Shown here one piece after another: positions 52,014 through 62,128 of a DNA stretch of 64,000 nucleotides; position 1 is the first letter of the stretch, and each line of letters opens with the position of its first letter. The position numbers and the translations under genes were made by a program. The DNA lies in contig CAVYSW010000003.1 in the NCBI GenBank assembly GCA_963771275.1, positions 992,001-1,056,000 of the forward strand. Direction: 5' to 3'. A model generated the notes under the pieces. The model saw only the letters and a program-made list of their open reading frames with translations. It searched no databases and was not told the DNA's origin. This stretch comes from an uncultured Gemmatimonadales bacterium (lineage in GTDB: Bacteria > Gemmatimonadota > Gemmatimonadetes > Gemmatimonadales > GWC2-71-9).

Positions 52014-53147
52014 GTGTCGCTCGCTTCCCGCCTGATCGTTCCCGCCCTGTTGGCGTGCGGCGCCCTCAGCACGGGATGCAGCGGCGAGCGCGGGGCCATC
52101 CGGCTCGGGCTCGCCGGACCGTTTGCCGAGCCGCGTGGCCGGTCCATGCGGCTCGCCGCCGAGCTCGCGGTGGGCGAGATCAACGCCGCCGGTGGCGTCC
52201 GGGGTCGCGCGCTCGAGCTCGTTGTCCTCGACGACCAGGCCGATGCGGTGCGGGCCGTCAGCGTCGCCCGCCAGCTGTCCGATGATCCCTCCGTCGTCGC
52301 GGTGATCGGGCACCTCACCAGCGGGGCGACGATCGCGGCCAGCGCGGTCTACAACATGGGCCTCCACCCCGTCCCGGTGATTTCCCCGTCCGCGTCGAGT
52401 CCGCTGCTGAGCGGGGCCGGGCCCTACACGTTCCGCACCTGTCCGACCGATCTGGCCCACGGCACACGACTGGCGCAATGGGCCGTCGACCGGCTCCACG
52501 CCCAGCGTGCCGCCATCCTGTTTCTCAACGACGAGTACGGCCGCGGCGTGCGGGGGGTGTTCGCGCAGCAGTTCACGGGCCGCGGCGGACGGATCGTGGC
52601 CGACGACCCGTACCTCGACGAGTTGCCGAGCTTCGAGCCGTATCTCGAACGGATCCGGCGGCGCGGCGGCACGGATGTCCTGCTGATCGCGGGCACACGA
52701 CCGGGCACGGAACGCATCCTCCAGGCGCTTCACGCAGTGGGGTTGCGGCCGGCCGTGCTCGCGGGCGACGGCATTGCCGGCATCGAAGCGACCGGCCCGC
52801 TCGCGGAGGGGACGTTCGTTTCGGCGGCATACCTCCCCGACCAGCCTGGGCAGGCGAACGCCGAGTTCGTCCGCGCGTACCGGGCCGCCTACAACGGCCA
52901 GGAGCCCGACCACCGTGGCGCGGGGGCCTACGACATCGTGCAGCTGCTCGCCCGCGCGATTCGGGAGGTGGGACCTGATCGCGCGAAGCTGCGAGACTAC
53001 CTCGCGGGCGTGGGGTCCGCGACGGAAGCGTACGACGGCGTGACGGGGCGGATCGCGTTCGACGCCCACGGCGACGTGCCGGGCAGGGACGTGGTGATCG
53101 GCGTGGTGCGCGGCGGGCGCCTGGTATCCGCGCAGGACCGGCCGTGA
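52014..53147 (+). CDS. Branched-chain amino acid-type substrate-binding lipoprotein (LivK-like)
   Basis: Lipobox-like [45 protein letters not shown]. Confidence 0.88.
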   Translation: MSLASRLIVPALLACGALSTGCSGERGAIRLGLAGPFAEPRGRSMRLAAELAVGEINAAGGVRGRALELVVLDDQADAVRAVSVARQLSDDPSVVAVIGHLTSGATIAASAVYNMGLHPVPVISPSASSPLLSGAGPYTFRTCPTDLAHGTRLAQWAVDRLHAQRAAILFLNDEYGRGVRGVFAQQFTGRGGRIVADDPYLDELPSFEPYLERIRRRGGTDVLLIAGTRPGTERILQALHAVGLRPAVLAGDGIAGIEATGPLAEGTFVSAAYLPDQPGQANAEFVRAYRAAYNGQEPDHRGAGAYDIVQLLARAIREVGPDRAKLRDYLAGVGSATEAYDGVTGRIAFDAHGDVPGRDVVIGVVRGGRLVSAQDRP

Positions 53148-54856
53148 CGGGACCGTTCGCCGCCCTCAACACGATCCGCGGCCGGATCGTGATCGCCGGA
53201 GCCGCCGTCGCGGCGGGACTGGTGCCCATTGCGGTGATCGGCATCGGAGCCCTGTCCACGATCAGCTCGACGATCGGCACGGAGCTGGCGCTGCTGCAGC
53301 GGGTCTCGGGGCTCAGCAGCGCGCTCGCCGCGAACGTGTCGGACGAGATCCGCAGTGCCGAGCAGTACCTCACGGCGCGCGATCCGGAAACGGAGCAGCG
53401 ATTCCGCGAGGCCGCGACGGCGGTGTACGAGCTGCAGCACAGCCTGGCCGGGATCGCCGAGCTGGCCCCCGCCGAGCGGCGCGCCGCGACCCGCATTGGG
53501 ACGCTGCAGGCGCAGGCCGAGGTGCGCTACGAATACGCCCACGCGCTCACCGATCTCGGGCGGCCCGGCGAGGCGGTGGCCGCCGCCGCCAATGCCCGAG
53601 AGCCGGCCGACCGACTGGTCCAGGAAGCGCGGACCATCAGTGCAGCCCAGGCGCTCCGCTCCCAGTCTGCGGGCGAGCGGCTCGCGGCGGCGGCCGACGG
53701 GCGGCTCCAGGTGGTGCTCGCCGTCCTGGTGGTGACCGCACTCATCGGCGGTGGGATTGCCGTGGCATTGTACCGGTCCATCGACCGACCCCTGCGGCAG
53801 GTGGTTGACGTCGCCCATCGGTTCGGCGACGGCGATCTCCGACCGATGCCGATCGAGGCCGCCGCGATGCCTCGCGAGCTCGCCGACCTTGCGGGGGCGA
53901 TCGAGCGGGTCGGGAACCGGCTGCGCACGATGGTAGGCGGGCTAATCGCTGAAAGCGACCGGATGTCCGCGGCGGCGGGCGATCTGTCGGCCGTGAGCGA
54001 ACAGCTCGCCGCCTCGGCCAGCGAAGTGACGACCTCCATGATGGAGGTGACTGGGGGCGCCGAGCGCCAGGCGGCGGGACTCGATCGGGGGATGGCCCAG
54101 ATGGAACGGCTGGCGGCGGCGGCGGCGGCCAACGCGGAGCTGGCTCGGCTGGTGGCCCGTCAGGGCGCCGAGATCCACCGGTTGGCGGCAATCCACCAGC
54201 GCGATATCGCCGGGGCGGCAACCACCCTCGGCGAGGTCCAGGCGGTGGTCGAGCATAGCGCGACGCAGGTGGAGCATCTCGAGCGGCTCTCGGTGGCGAT
54301 CGACGACTTCGTCGACTTGATCAAGCGCATCTCGTCGCAGACGAACCTGCTGGCCCTCAACGCCGCCATCGAGGCCGCGCGCGCAGGCGAGCGGGGATCG
54401 GGATTCGCGGTGGTAGCTGAGGAAGTCCGCGAGCTCGCCGATTCGAGCCAGCAGGCGGCCGAGGAGGTCACCGCCACCATCCGCACCGTGCGCCAGCAGA
54501 CCGCGGAAGTCGCCAACACCATGGCGGTCGGCCGCACCAAGGTGTCGGGTATCGGACACGTTGCCACGGGAGCCGCCAAAGCGCTCGACCAGATGCTCAC
54601 GGGCATCCAGGAGATTGAGCAGGCCGCTCAGCGCGTGACGACCGAAGCGGAGACCAACCTCGCGGCCGCGCGCGAGGTGAGCGGCGTGCTCCGGTCGGTG
54701 TCCGAGGCCGCGAGCCAGCATGCCGCCGCCGCGGAGCAGGTCACAGCCGCCGCGGAGGAACAGGGCGCTTCGACCGAGGAAATGGCGGCCCAGGCGAACG
54801 AGCTGAGCCAGGTCGCCGAGCGGCTGCGCAAGCTGGTGGAGGGATTTACCGTCTAG
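53144..54856 (+). CDS. Methyl-accepting chemotaxis protein
   Basis: Two [43 protein letters not shown]. Confidence 0.95.
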   Translation: MTGPFAALNTIRGRIVIAGAAVAAGLVPIAVIGIGALSTISSTIGTELALLQRVSGLSSALAANVSDEIRSAEQYLTARDPETEQRFREAATAVYELQHSLAGIAELAPAERRAATRIGTLQAQAEVRYEYAHALTDLGRPGEAVAAAANAREPADRLVQEARTISAAQALRSQSAGERLAAAADGRLQVVLAVLVVTALIGGGIAVALYRSIDRPLRQVVDVAHRFGDGDLRPMPIEAAAMPRELADLAGAIERVGNRLRTMVGGLIAESDRMSAAAGDLSAVSEQLAASASEVTTSMMEVTGGAERQAAGLDRGMAQMERLAAAAAANAELARLVARQGAEIHRLAAIHQRDIAGAATTLGEVQAVVEHSATQVEHLERLSVAIDDFVDLIKRISSQTNLLALNAAIEAARAGERGSGFAVVAEEVRELADSSQQAAEEVTATIRTVRQQTAEVANTMAVGRTKVSGIGHVATGAAKALDQMLTGIQEIEQAAQRVTTEAETNLAAAREVSGVLRSVSEAASQHAAAAEQVTAAAEEQGASTEEMAAQANELSQVAERLRKLVEGFTV

Positions 54857-55258
54857 CTAGCGGTGCTTCTTGGCGGGCTTGGCCCCGGCCTTCTTAACGG
54901 GTCTCCGCTGTGCGGCCTTCCGGGCCCGCGGCCTGCGACCCGGCCCCGTTCGCGGGGTCGCCTTCTGACCCTGCTGCCTAGCCGCCTTCTTCTCCGCCCG
55001 GGCCCGCCGACGCGCTTCGCCTTCGGCACCTCGGACATCCGCGAGCACCTGCTCACCTTCGGTGGCTCCAATGAGGCCCCGGCGGACCGAGTACTGGACC
55101 AACTCATCCGCCTCGGCGTACGCGAACGGCCGCAGTTGCGCCCCCGCGCGGATCATGTTCACCATGGCATCAGCCACCGGCGACCGCAGGACGTTGCGGA
55201 TGCCGGGCACACTCTCGAGGAGCGCGGAAATCTGTGACCCGCCTAGGTCGGCCGCCAT
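54857..55258 (-). CDS. Hypothetical protein with Lys/Arg/Ala/Pro-rich histone-like tail
   Basis: AAGGAG RBS; C-terminus ...ARKAAQRRPVKKAGAKPAKKHR. Confidence 0.75.
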   Translation of the reverse strand: MAADLGGSQISALLESVPGIRNVLRSPVADAMVNMIRAGAQLRPFAYAEADELVQYSVRRGLIGATEGEQVLADVRGAEGEARRRARAEKKAARQQGQKATPRTGPGRRPRARKAAQRRPVKKAGAKPAKKHR

Positions 55259-55303
55259 GCAGGCTCCTTCTCAGCCACGGCGAAGGACTTAATTCGAGGC
55301 GCC

Positions 55304-55332
55304 AACCTAGTCGGTCCGGGAGGCTACGTCAA
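55304..55332 (-). promoter_or_regulatory. sigma70-type promoter
   Basis: Minus strand TTGACG-17 nt-TAGGTT. Confidence 0.55.
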
Positions 55333-55381
55333 GCCGGACGTTTTCGGCGGACATATCGCTAATAAATTGCAGGTCAATCAG

Positions 55382-55681
55382 TTACGTGCTGTCGGACTGG
55401 CCGACTGCGCGGGGGCGCCGCGACCGAGTCCGGTGCACCGGCCTGGGGCCAGGGGACGTGGCGCGCCGAGCGATCCGCCATTCCGACTGCGCCAGTAGCC
55501 CCGCCAGGACGCGCCGTGTGCGCAGATCGACCGGCAGGTCCAGATGCAGATCGAGCCGGTAGTCGGCACCGTCTGCGCCACGTCCGTCGAGCACGAACCC
55601 CGATGGGCTCGGCAGGACCGTATCCACTTCCACTTCGGCGACTGGCACGAAGGGTGGTGTGCCGTCTTCGCGGTTCTCCAT
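55382..55681 (-). CDS. Small hypothetical protein
   Basis: AGGAG RBS; TTGACG...TATATC promoter-like element upstream. Confidence 0.7.
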   Translation of the reverse strand: MENREDGTPPFVPVAEVEVDTVLPSPSGFVLDGRGADGADYRLDLHLDLPVDLRTRRVLAGLLAQSEWRIARRATSPGPRPVHRTRSRRPRAVGQSDST

Positions 55682-55809
55682 GGCGTCGCTCCTGCGCGGG
55701 AGGACTCGCCGGGGATATACGCCTTAGCGGCGGTACGTCAAGGGGATAGCTCGATCTAGCGGTTTGCCCCGACCTGCCTCGCGGGATAGATTGGGTCGTC
55801 CGACCGCGT

Positions 55810-56097
55810 ATGGTTCCACTGTCGAAGGAGTCTCCCGTGGGACGTCGTGGCATCAAGGAGTATCGCGCCCCCGAGGCGCTGCAGCTGATCCTCGCAGACC
55901 GTGATCGCCTGCCGTTGATCTGCCCGTCGTGTGGCGAGGATTCAATCGAACGAACCCCGAAACGCCGTTCACGCCCGCTGGGGTGGGGGATTGACCGGCA
56001 CCAGGTCTCCCTGCGGTGCACCGCCTGCGGGCGTCACGCAGCGTACGTGCCCGAGGCGGTGACGCAGCCTTCGGAGCTGGAGCTCAGCACGTTGTAG
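55810..56097 (+). CDS. Small zinc-ribbon protein
   Basis: CPSC...CTAC; alternative GTG start at 55837 preceded by AAGGAG. Confidence 0.65.
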   Translation: MVPLSKESPVGRRGIKEYRAPEALQLILADRDRLPLICPSCGEDSIERTPKRRSRPLGWGIDRHQVSLRCTACGRHAAYVPEAVTQPSELELSTL

Positions 56098-56147
56098 GCT
56101 GTGGCGGGGGGTGTCCGGGCGCCGGCTCCCGGCGTCCGGTTATCAGG

Positions 56148-56864
56148 TCATTCCGGTATTGAGAGAATCCGCTTCCAGCGCACGGCTGTGAGGAACGGTA
56201 GCGGGAGCGGTCCGTTCCGGTCATAGCTGTAGTAGACGAGAAACGGGTGGCCCCGAATGCGATCGCGGCCGAGGAACCCCCAATACCTGGAGTCGTAGGA
56301 GTCGTCGCGGTTGTCCCCCATGACGAAGAAGGAGTCGGGCGGCACGACGACCGGGCCCCAGGTCTTGAGGCTCGGGTGGTAGCCGGCCGCGTCGGCCCCG
56401 ACATAGTACGGCAGCTGCCACGCCCGCATGGCGGGGTCCGCCGGGTCCAGATCGGGGTTGCGTCGCTCGACGTACGGCTCCTCGACGGCGACCCCGTTGC
56501 GCCGGAGGACGTTGGCCCGCATCGCCAGGGTGTCACCGGCCACGCCGACGACGCGCTTCACGACCGTCAGGCCGGGATCCTCGACCGAGGCGAAGACCAC
56601 GAGGTCGCCGCGTTGCGGATCGCGAAGGGCCGGGAGGTGCTTCCGGACGACGGGGATCTCGGCGCCGTACAGGGCCTTGTTCACGAACAGGAAATCCCCG
56701 ATCAGCAGGGTCCGCTCCATGCTGCCGGACGGCCAGATGTGGAAGCCTTCGATCACGAACGTCCGCAGCACGAGGAACAGCGCCAGCGGCCCGATCAGCG
56801 ACCGCAGCAGCCGGCCGAGTCGCCGCAGAGCGCCTGCCGGGTGACCGGGCCGCCGCCGCGTCAC
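56148..56864 (-). CDS. lepB: Signal peptidase I (second tandem copy)
   Basis: PSGSMERTL, GDFLFVNK, VKRVVG, MGDNRDDSYDSRYWG. Confidence 0.9.
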   Translation of the reverse strand: MTRRRPGHPAGALRRLGRLLRSLIGPLALFLVLRTFVIEGFHIWPSGSMERTLLIGDFLFVNKALYGAEIPVVRKHLPALRDPQRGDLVVFASVEDPGLTVVKRVVGVAGDTLAMRANVLRRNGVAVEEPYVERRNPDLDPADPAMRAWQLPYYVGADAAGYHPSLKTWGPVVVPPDSFFVMGDNRDDSYDSRYWGFLGRDRIRGHPFLVYYSYDRNGPLPLPFLTAVRWKRILSIPE

Positions 56865-57583
56865 GACGGTCGGTGGAGCAGGCGTCGCCACCGGATCGCC
56901 GTAAGGAACGGCAGCGGAAGAACGCCGTCGGGGTCGTAGCTGAAGTAGATGATCAGCGGGCGGCCGCGGATCCGGTCGCGCCCCAGGAAGCCCCAGTAGC
57001 GGCTGTCGTAGGAGCTGTCTCGATTGTCGCCCATCACGAGGAACGAATCGGGCGGCACGACGATCGGGCCCCAGTTCTTCAGCGTGGGCCGATAGGTGGC
57101 CGGATCCCGGTCCCGCGTCAGGTAGCGGATCTGCCACGCGCGCATCTTCGGGTCCTCGTGGTCCGCGAGGGGATCGGTCCGGATCACCCACGGCTCGTCC
57201 GCGCGCTTGGCGTTCACGAGGAGCTGGTTGTCCTCCATGGACAGCGTGTCGCCAGGCATGCCGACGACCCGCTTCACCACGGTGAGCCGCGGCTCCTCGA
57301 CCGACTTGAAGATCACGAGGTCATTGCGCCGCGGGTTGCGGAACGCGGGCAGGTGCACGCCGGTGAAGGGAATCTCCGCCCCGTACAGCGCCTTGTTCAC
57401 GAACAGCCAGTCGCCGATCAGCAACGTGTTCTCCATGCTGCCCGACGGGATCCGGAAGCCCTCAATCAGGAACGTTCGCACCACGAGGAAGATCGCCACC
57501 GCGATCGCCACGGACTTGATCCACTCCTTGAGCTTGGAGGGCTGGTCGCCGCCCTGTTCCGTCGCTGCCGTGCGTTTTGTCAT
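56861..57583 (-). CDS. lepB: Signal peptidase I
   Basis: IPSGSMENTL, VKRVVGMPGD, MGDNRDSSYDSRYWG. Confidence 0.93.
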   Translation of the reverse strand: MTKRTAATEQGGDQPSKLKEWIKSVAIAVAIFLVVRTFLIEGFRIPSGSMENTLLIGDWLFVNKALYGAEIPFTGVHLPAFRNPRRNDLVIFKSVEEPRLTVVKRVVGMPGDTLSMEDNQLLVNAKRADEPWVIRTDPLADHEDPKMRAWQIRYLTRDRDPATYRPTLKNWGPIVVPPDSFLVMGDNRDSSYDSRYWGFLGRDRIRGRPLIIYFSYDPDGVLPLPFLTAIRWRRLLHRPS

Positions 57584-57592
57584 GATCAGCCG

Positions 57593-58681
57593 TCACTGCC
57601 CCTGCGGGTGTTCCACCCAGTCGGCGATGAAGATGTTCGTTTCCCCTGGCACCGATCCATAACGGTTCGACGCGAATACGAGTTTCGTCCCGTCGGGAGA
57701 GAAGATCGGGAATCCGTCGAAGTCGGGGTGGGTGGTGATCTGCGTGACGCCCGTGCCATCGAGATTCACCAGGAACAGGTCGAAGTTGCGGCCCTGCGGG
57801 TCGCGGTGATTGGACGCGAAGATGATCCGCTTGCCGTCGGGGTGGAAATACGGCGCGAAATTCGCGCCGCCCAGCGACGTCACCTGCCGCTGGTCGGACC
57901 CGTCCGCGTTCATCACCCAGATCTCCAGATCGGTCGGCCGGACCAGGCCCTGGGCGAGCAGTGCTCGGTACTGCGCCACCTCCGCGTCGGTCGTGGGGCG
58001 CTGCGAGCGGTACACGATCAGCCGGCCGTCGGGCGAGTAGAACGGCCCGCCGTCGTAGCCCACGCTGGTGGTGAGCCGCCGCACGTCGCTGCCGTCCACG
58101 TTCATCGTGTAGATGTCGAGGTCGCCGTCGCGGGTCGACGTGAACACGATCCGGGAGCCGTCGGGCGACAGCGTGGCTTCCGCGTCGTAGCCCGGGCTGT
58201 CCGTGAGTCGCTGGAGGTCGCTGCCGTCGGGCTTGGCGGTGTAGATGTCGAAGTCCGGGATCGCCCACACGTAGCCCTTCGAGTAGTCGGGCCGGGGCGG
58301 GCACGCGGGACTCAGGTTGAACGTGGAGGAATACAGGACGCGCGCGCCGCCGTCGTAGAAGTAGCCGCAGGTCGTCCGCCCGAGACCGTTGGAGATGCGG
58401 TGCAGTCCGGTCCCGTCGACGTTCATGATGTATTCCTGATCGCAGCTGGAGTCGGACTCGGTGCGTTGGAGGATCAGCCGTTTCCCGTCGGGCGAGAAGT
58501 ACGCCTCGGCGTTCTGGCCGCCGGCCGTGAGCTGGCGCAGGTTGGCGAGGTGGGTCTCGCCCGGCTCCGCCGCGCGCGCGACGGCCACTGCGGTCTCGGC
58601 CGCCGGCCGATGCCCGCAGGCGAGCACGCCGATCATGATCGCCGGCGCCAGCCGCCGGCCGAGTCTTCCAATGCGTGTCAC
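57593..58681 (-). CDS. TolB-like PD40 beta-propeller lipoprotein
   Basis: Lipobox VLAC, NAEAYFSPDG, repeated SPDG motifs, GYDAEAT. Confidence 0.85.
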   Translation of the reverse strand: MTRIGRLGRRLAPAIMIGVLACGHRPAAETAVAVARAAEPGETHLANLRQLTAGGQNAEAYFSPDGKRLILQRTESDSSCDQEYIMNVDGTGLHRISNGLGRTTCGYFYDGGARVLYSSTFNLSPACPPRPDYSKGYVWAIPDFDIYTAKPDGSDLQRLTDSPGYDAEATLSPDGSRIVFTSTRDGDLDIYTMNVDGSDVRRLTTSVGYDGGPFYSPDGRLIVYRSQRPTTDAEVAQYRALLAQGLVRPTDLEIWVMNADGSDQRQVTSLGGANFAPYFHPDGKRIIFASNHRDPQGRNFDLFLVNLDGTGVTQITTHPDFDGFPIFSPDGTKLVFASNRYGSVPGETNIFIADWVEHPQGQ

Positions 58682-58775
58682 GGGAAACGTCCTTCCTCCG
58701 GGTGCCGGGCAGGGGGCGGCCGACAGAAGTATAACCGCGACCCGCACGAGGAGGACTCCGGGATTTCCCGGAGTC

Positions 58776-59690
58776 TCACAACAGCGTTTTGTCGAGCGCC
58801 AGGAGGCCGAGCACCACGGGCAGATAGGCGATCGAGACGACGAACAGGCGGCGGGCGGCGGGAACGCTGTGGCGCCGGGCGGCGGCGAGCGCGGCGCCGA
58901 GGAACCAGCCGCCGGCGAGCACCGCGCCTGCAAAATAGACCGGCCCGGCCAGTCCCAGCAGCGTGGGAAGCAGGCTCACCGGAAGCAGGGCCGCGGCGTA
59001 GAGCGCCGCCTGCCCGAACGTGCGCGTGCCGTCGGGATCGTCCGCGGTCAGCATCCGCAGGCCGGCTCGATGGTAGTCGTCGCGGTACAGCCAGGCGAGC
59101 GCCAGGAAATGGGGCAGCTGCCACAGAAACAGCATCCAGAACAAGGTCCAGGCCGGCAGGACGAGCGGGCTTCCCGATGCCGTCCAGCCGCCGAGGATCG
59201 GCAGCGCGCCGGGGACCGCCCCGATCAGCGTGTTGAGCGACGAGCGCTTCTTGAGCGGCGTGTAGAGGAGCACATACGAGAGCAGCGTCAGGGCGGCGAG
59301 CGCGGCGGTCACGGGGTTCACCAGTACGGCGAGGTACGCCGTCCCGCCAACGCCGAGCGCCGTGGCGAACACGGCTCCGGCACGCCGGCCCAGGCGGCCC
59401 GCCGGGATCGGGCGCGCCGCCGTGCGGCGCATCTGCCCGTCCACGTCCGACTCGGCCACCTGATTGAGCGCACCCGCCCCGGCTGCGACCAGCAGGGTGC
59501 CCACCAGCGTATGGAGCAACACGACCGGGCCGGCCCCACCCGGCACGGCGACGTAGAAGCCCACGGCCGTCGTCAGGGTGACGAGCAGCGCGATCCGCGG
59601 CTTCGTGAGCGCGAAGAAATCGGAGGCGCGCCCGACGCGCGCCGGCAGGGCGGGGCCGGTGGGCGGCGGGGCCACCCCGCCACCCGCCAC
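58776..59690 (-). CDS. cyoE: Heme O synthase (protoheme IX farnesyltransferase)
   Basis: LTKPRI, NQVAESDVDGQMRRTAARPIPAG, YTPLKK, WQLPHF, YRDDY. Confidence 0.93.
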   Translation of the reverse strand: MAGGGVAPPPTGPALPARVGRASDFFALTKPRIALLVTLTTAVGFYVAVPGGAGPVVLLHTLVGTLLVAAGAGALNQVAESDVDGQMRRTAARPIPAGRLGRRAGAVFATALGVGGTAYLAVLVNPVTAALAALTLLSYVLLYTPLKKRSSLNTLIGAVPGALPILGGWTASGSPLVLPAWTLFWMLFLWQLPHFLALAWLYRDDYHRAGLRMLTADDPDGTRTFGQAALYAAALLPVSLLPTLLGLAGPVYFAGAVLAGGWFLGAALAAARRHSVPAARRLFVVSIAYLPVVLGLLALDKTLL

Positions 59691-59703
59691 ACCCTCGACG
59701 CGG

Positions 59704-61332
59704 TCACTCAGCGTCTTGATAGGGATACCGGTACTCCGTGGCCGGGCCGAAGTTCTCCTTGATGGAGCGCGCCGACACCCAGCGCACGATGTTCAGCATC
59801 GAGCCGGCCTTGTCGTTGGTCCCGCTCGCCCTGGCGCCGCCGAACGGCTGCTGCCCCACCACGGCGCCCGTCGGCTTGTCGTTGATGTAGAAGTTGCCGG
59901 CGGCGAACCGCAGCGCGTTGGCCGCCTCGCGGATGGCGCGCCGGTCGTTCGCAAACACCGCGCCCGTGAGCGCGTACGGCGACGTCTCGTTCACCAGCCG
60001 CAGCGTCTCCGCCCACTGGCGCTCCGGGTACACGTACAGCGTGAGCACCGGCCCGAAGATCTCCTCACACATGGTCCGGTAACCCGGCGCCTTCGCCTGG
60101 ATCAGCGTCGGACGGATGAAGTAGCCCTCGGACGCATCCGCCTCCCCACCCACGAGAATCTCCGCGTCCGGGGAGCGGCGTGCCCCGTCGATGTACTCGA
60201 CGATCGAGTCGAAGGCGGGCTTGTCGATCACCGCTCCCATGAAGTTGGAGAAGTCGGCGATGTCGCCCATCGGGATCGCGGCGATCTTGTCGAGCAGCTC
60301 TCCCTTGATCGCCTGCCACATGGTATCCGGCACGTACAGCCGCGACGCCGCGCTGCACTTCTGACCCTGGTACTCGTAGGCGCCCCGGATGATCGCCGTC
60401 ACGAGCGCGGCCCGATCGGCGCTGGCGTGGGCGACGATGAAGTCCTTCCCTCCGGTCTCGCCAACCAGGCGTGGGTAGACGCGGTAGTTGGCGATGTTCT
60501 CCCCCACGGTGCGCCACATGCCCTGGAACACGCCGGTGGACCCGGTGAAGTGGATCCCGGCGAGATCGGGATCGCTCAGCACGGCGCTCGAGATCGCGCC
60601 GGCGTCGCCCGGCAGGAAGTTGATCACCCCCGGTGGCAGCCCGGCCGCCTCGAGCAGCCGGAAGTTGTAGTACGAGCTCAGAACGGCGGTCGAGGCTGGC
60701 TTCCACACCACGGTGTTGCCGACGATCGCCGGGGCGGTGGGCAGGTTGGCACCGATCGACGTGAAATTGAACGGCGTGACCGCCCACACGAACCCCTCGA
60801 GCGGACGGTACTCGATGCGGTTCCAGATCCCGCGATCCGAGACCGGCTGGTCCTTGAACAGCCGCTCGGCGAAGTACACGTTGAAGCGCCAGAAGTCGAT
60901 CACTTCGGCGGCCGCGTCGATCTCGGCCTGGTGCGCGGTCTTGCTCTGCCCCAGCATCGTCGCGGCGTTCAGCGTCTGGCGCCACGAGGTGGACAGCAGC
61001 TCGGCCGCCCGCAGGAACACCGCCACGCGGTCCTGCCAGCGCCACGAGGACCACTCGCGATGGGCTTCCCTGGCCGCGGCGATGGCCTGCTTGGCTTCCT
61101 CCACGCCAGCGCGATGCCAGGTGGCGAGCACGTGCCCGTGGCGGTGCGGCATGACGACCTGCTTGGTGCGGCCGGTGCGGATCTCCCGGCCACCGATGAT
61201 CACGGGAATCTCGATGGCGCTGGCGGCCATCCGGGCGAGCGTATCCTTCAGGGCGGCCCGTTCGGGACTGCAGGGGGCGTACGAATAGACCGGCTCGTTC
61301 GCCGGCTTCGGGATCCTGTATGCTCCACTCAT
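59704..61332 (-). CDS. pruA: L-glutamate gamma-semialdehyde (P5C) dehydrogenase
   Basis: PANEPV, PFNFTSIG, FTGSTG, GETGGKD, YQGQKCSA, EEIFGP, QQPFGGARASGTNDKAG. Confidence 0.95.
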   Translation of the reverse strand: MSGAYRIPKPANEPVYSYAPCSPERAALKDTLARMAASAIEIPVIIGGREIRTGRTKQVVMPHRHGHVLATWHRAGVEEAKQAIAAAREAHREWSSWRWQDRVAVFLRAAELLSTSWRQTLNAATMLGQSKTAHQAEIDAAAEVIDFWRFNVYFAERLFKDQPVSDRGIWNRIEYRPLEGFVWAVTPFNFTSIGANLPTAPAIVGNTVVWKPASTAVLSSYYNFRLLEAAGLPPGVINFLPGDAGAISSAVLSDPDLAGIHFTGSTGVFQGMWRTVGENIANYRVYPRLVGETGGKDFIVAHASADRAALVTAIIRGAYEYQGQKCSAASRLYVPDTMWQAIKGELLDKIAAIPMGDIADFSNFMGAVIDKPAFDSIVEYIDGARRSPDAEILVGGEADASEGYFIRPTLIQAKAPGYRTMCEEIFGPVLTLYVYPERQWAETLRLVNETSPYALTGAVFANDRRAIREAANALRFAAGNFYINDKPTGAVVGQQPFGGARASGTNDKAGSMLNIVRWVSARSIKENFGPATEYRYPYQDAE

Positions 61333-61411
61333 CAGAGGGCTCCTGGTTGGCTCCCGGAATCTACAGGCGGGACTCCGGAAGCCAACGGCGTCCCTGTGCG
61401 GGCCCGGTGGG

Positions 61412-62125
61412 TCAGGCCGCGCGCACCGCCTGCACCTGCACCGGTCCCGCAACCGGCGCCCGCACGTTCCACCGATACCCGGCCCAGATCAGGGCAAGGC
61501 CGAGAAACTCGGTGACGTACAGCACCTCCGTGTACCCCAGGCGGGTGGCCGTCCCGCCGATCCCCGGCAGCAGCGCGCCGACGGCGATCAGCACGTTGCC
61601 CACGAACCGGTGGTGCGTCTCGCGGCGGCGTGAGTACCGTACCGCGGAGGCAATCGCACCTCCGATGAGGAACACGACCGCGTAGGTGTTGATGAACGGG
61701 CTGAACAACCGGACCCACTGCCAGGCGAGCACCTTTCCCGTGAGGCGGTACGGCTCGACCAGCGCGGTGTCGACCGGCGACAACACGGCGGCGAGCGCCG
61801 CGACGGCGATGAACGTGACGAGCACCACCGACAGGCGGTTCGCCGTGCGCCGCGCGCACAGCAGGTAGACGGTGCCCTGCGCGAGCGGCGCCCCGCCGAG
61901 CAGCGCCCCCGTGATATACCAAGCCTTGAACAGCGCCAGGTGCCACCCGAACAGCGTGACCGACGCCTCGGTGAGGGTTCCCGCCGCGAAGGTGAGCACC
62001 CCCGCCGCCCACCACAGCAGGTGGGGGCCGGACCGGCGCTGGCGGTAGCGCTGGGCGATCACCAGCGCGAACGCCAGCGCCATCAGGCTGGTCCCGATCG
62101 GGATGTAGTCGACCAGTGGGCGCAT
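61412..62125 (-). CDS. Multi-pass membrane hypothetical protein
   Basis: About 7 hydrophobic helices; GPHLLWWAAG, LAQGTVYLL. Confidence 0.8.
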   Translation of the reverse strand: MRPLVDYIPIGTSLMALAFALVIAQRYRQRRSGPHLLWWAAGVLTFAAGTLTEASVTLFGWHLALFKAWYITGALLGGAPLAQGTVYLLCARRTANRLSVVLVTFIAVAALAAVLSPVDTALVEPYRLTGKVLAWQWVRLFSPFINTYAVVFLIGGAIASAVRYSRRRETHHRFVGNVLIAVGALLPGIGGTATRLGYTEVLYVTEFLGLALIWAGYRWNVRAPVAGPVQVQAVRAA

Positions 62126-62128
62126 GGT

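Noticed and set aside
58776..59690. Functional link between heme O synthase and the Cyc2-like cluster
   Set aside because: About 50 kb apart in a different operon; heme O/A synthesis is unrelated to c-type heme attachment
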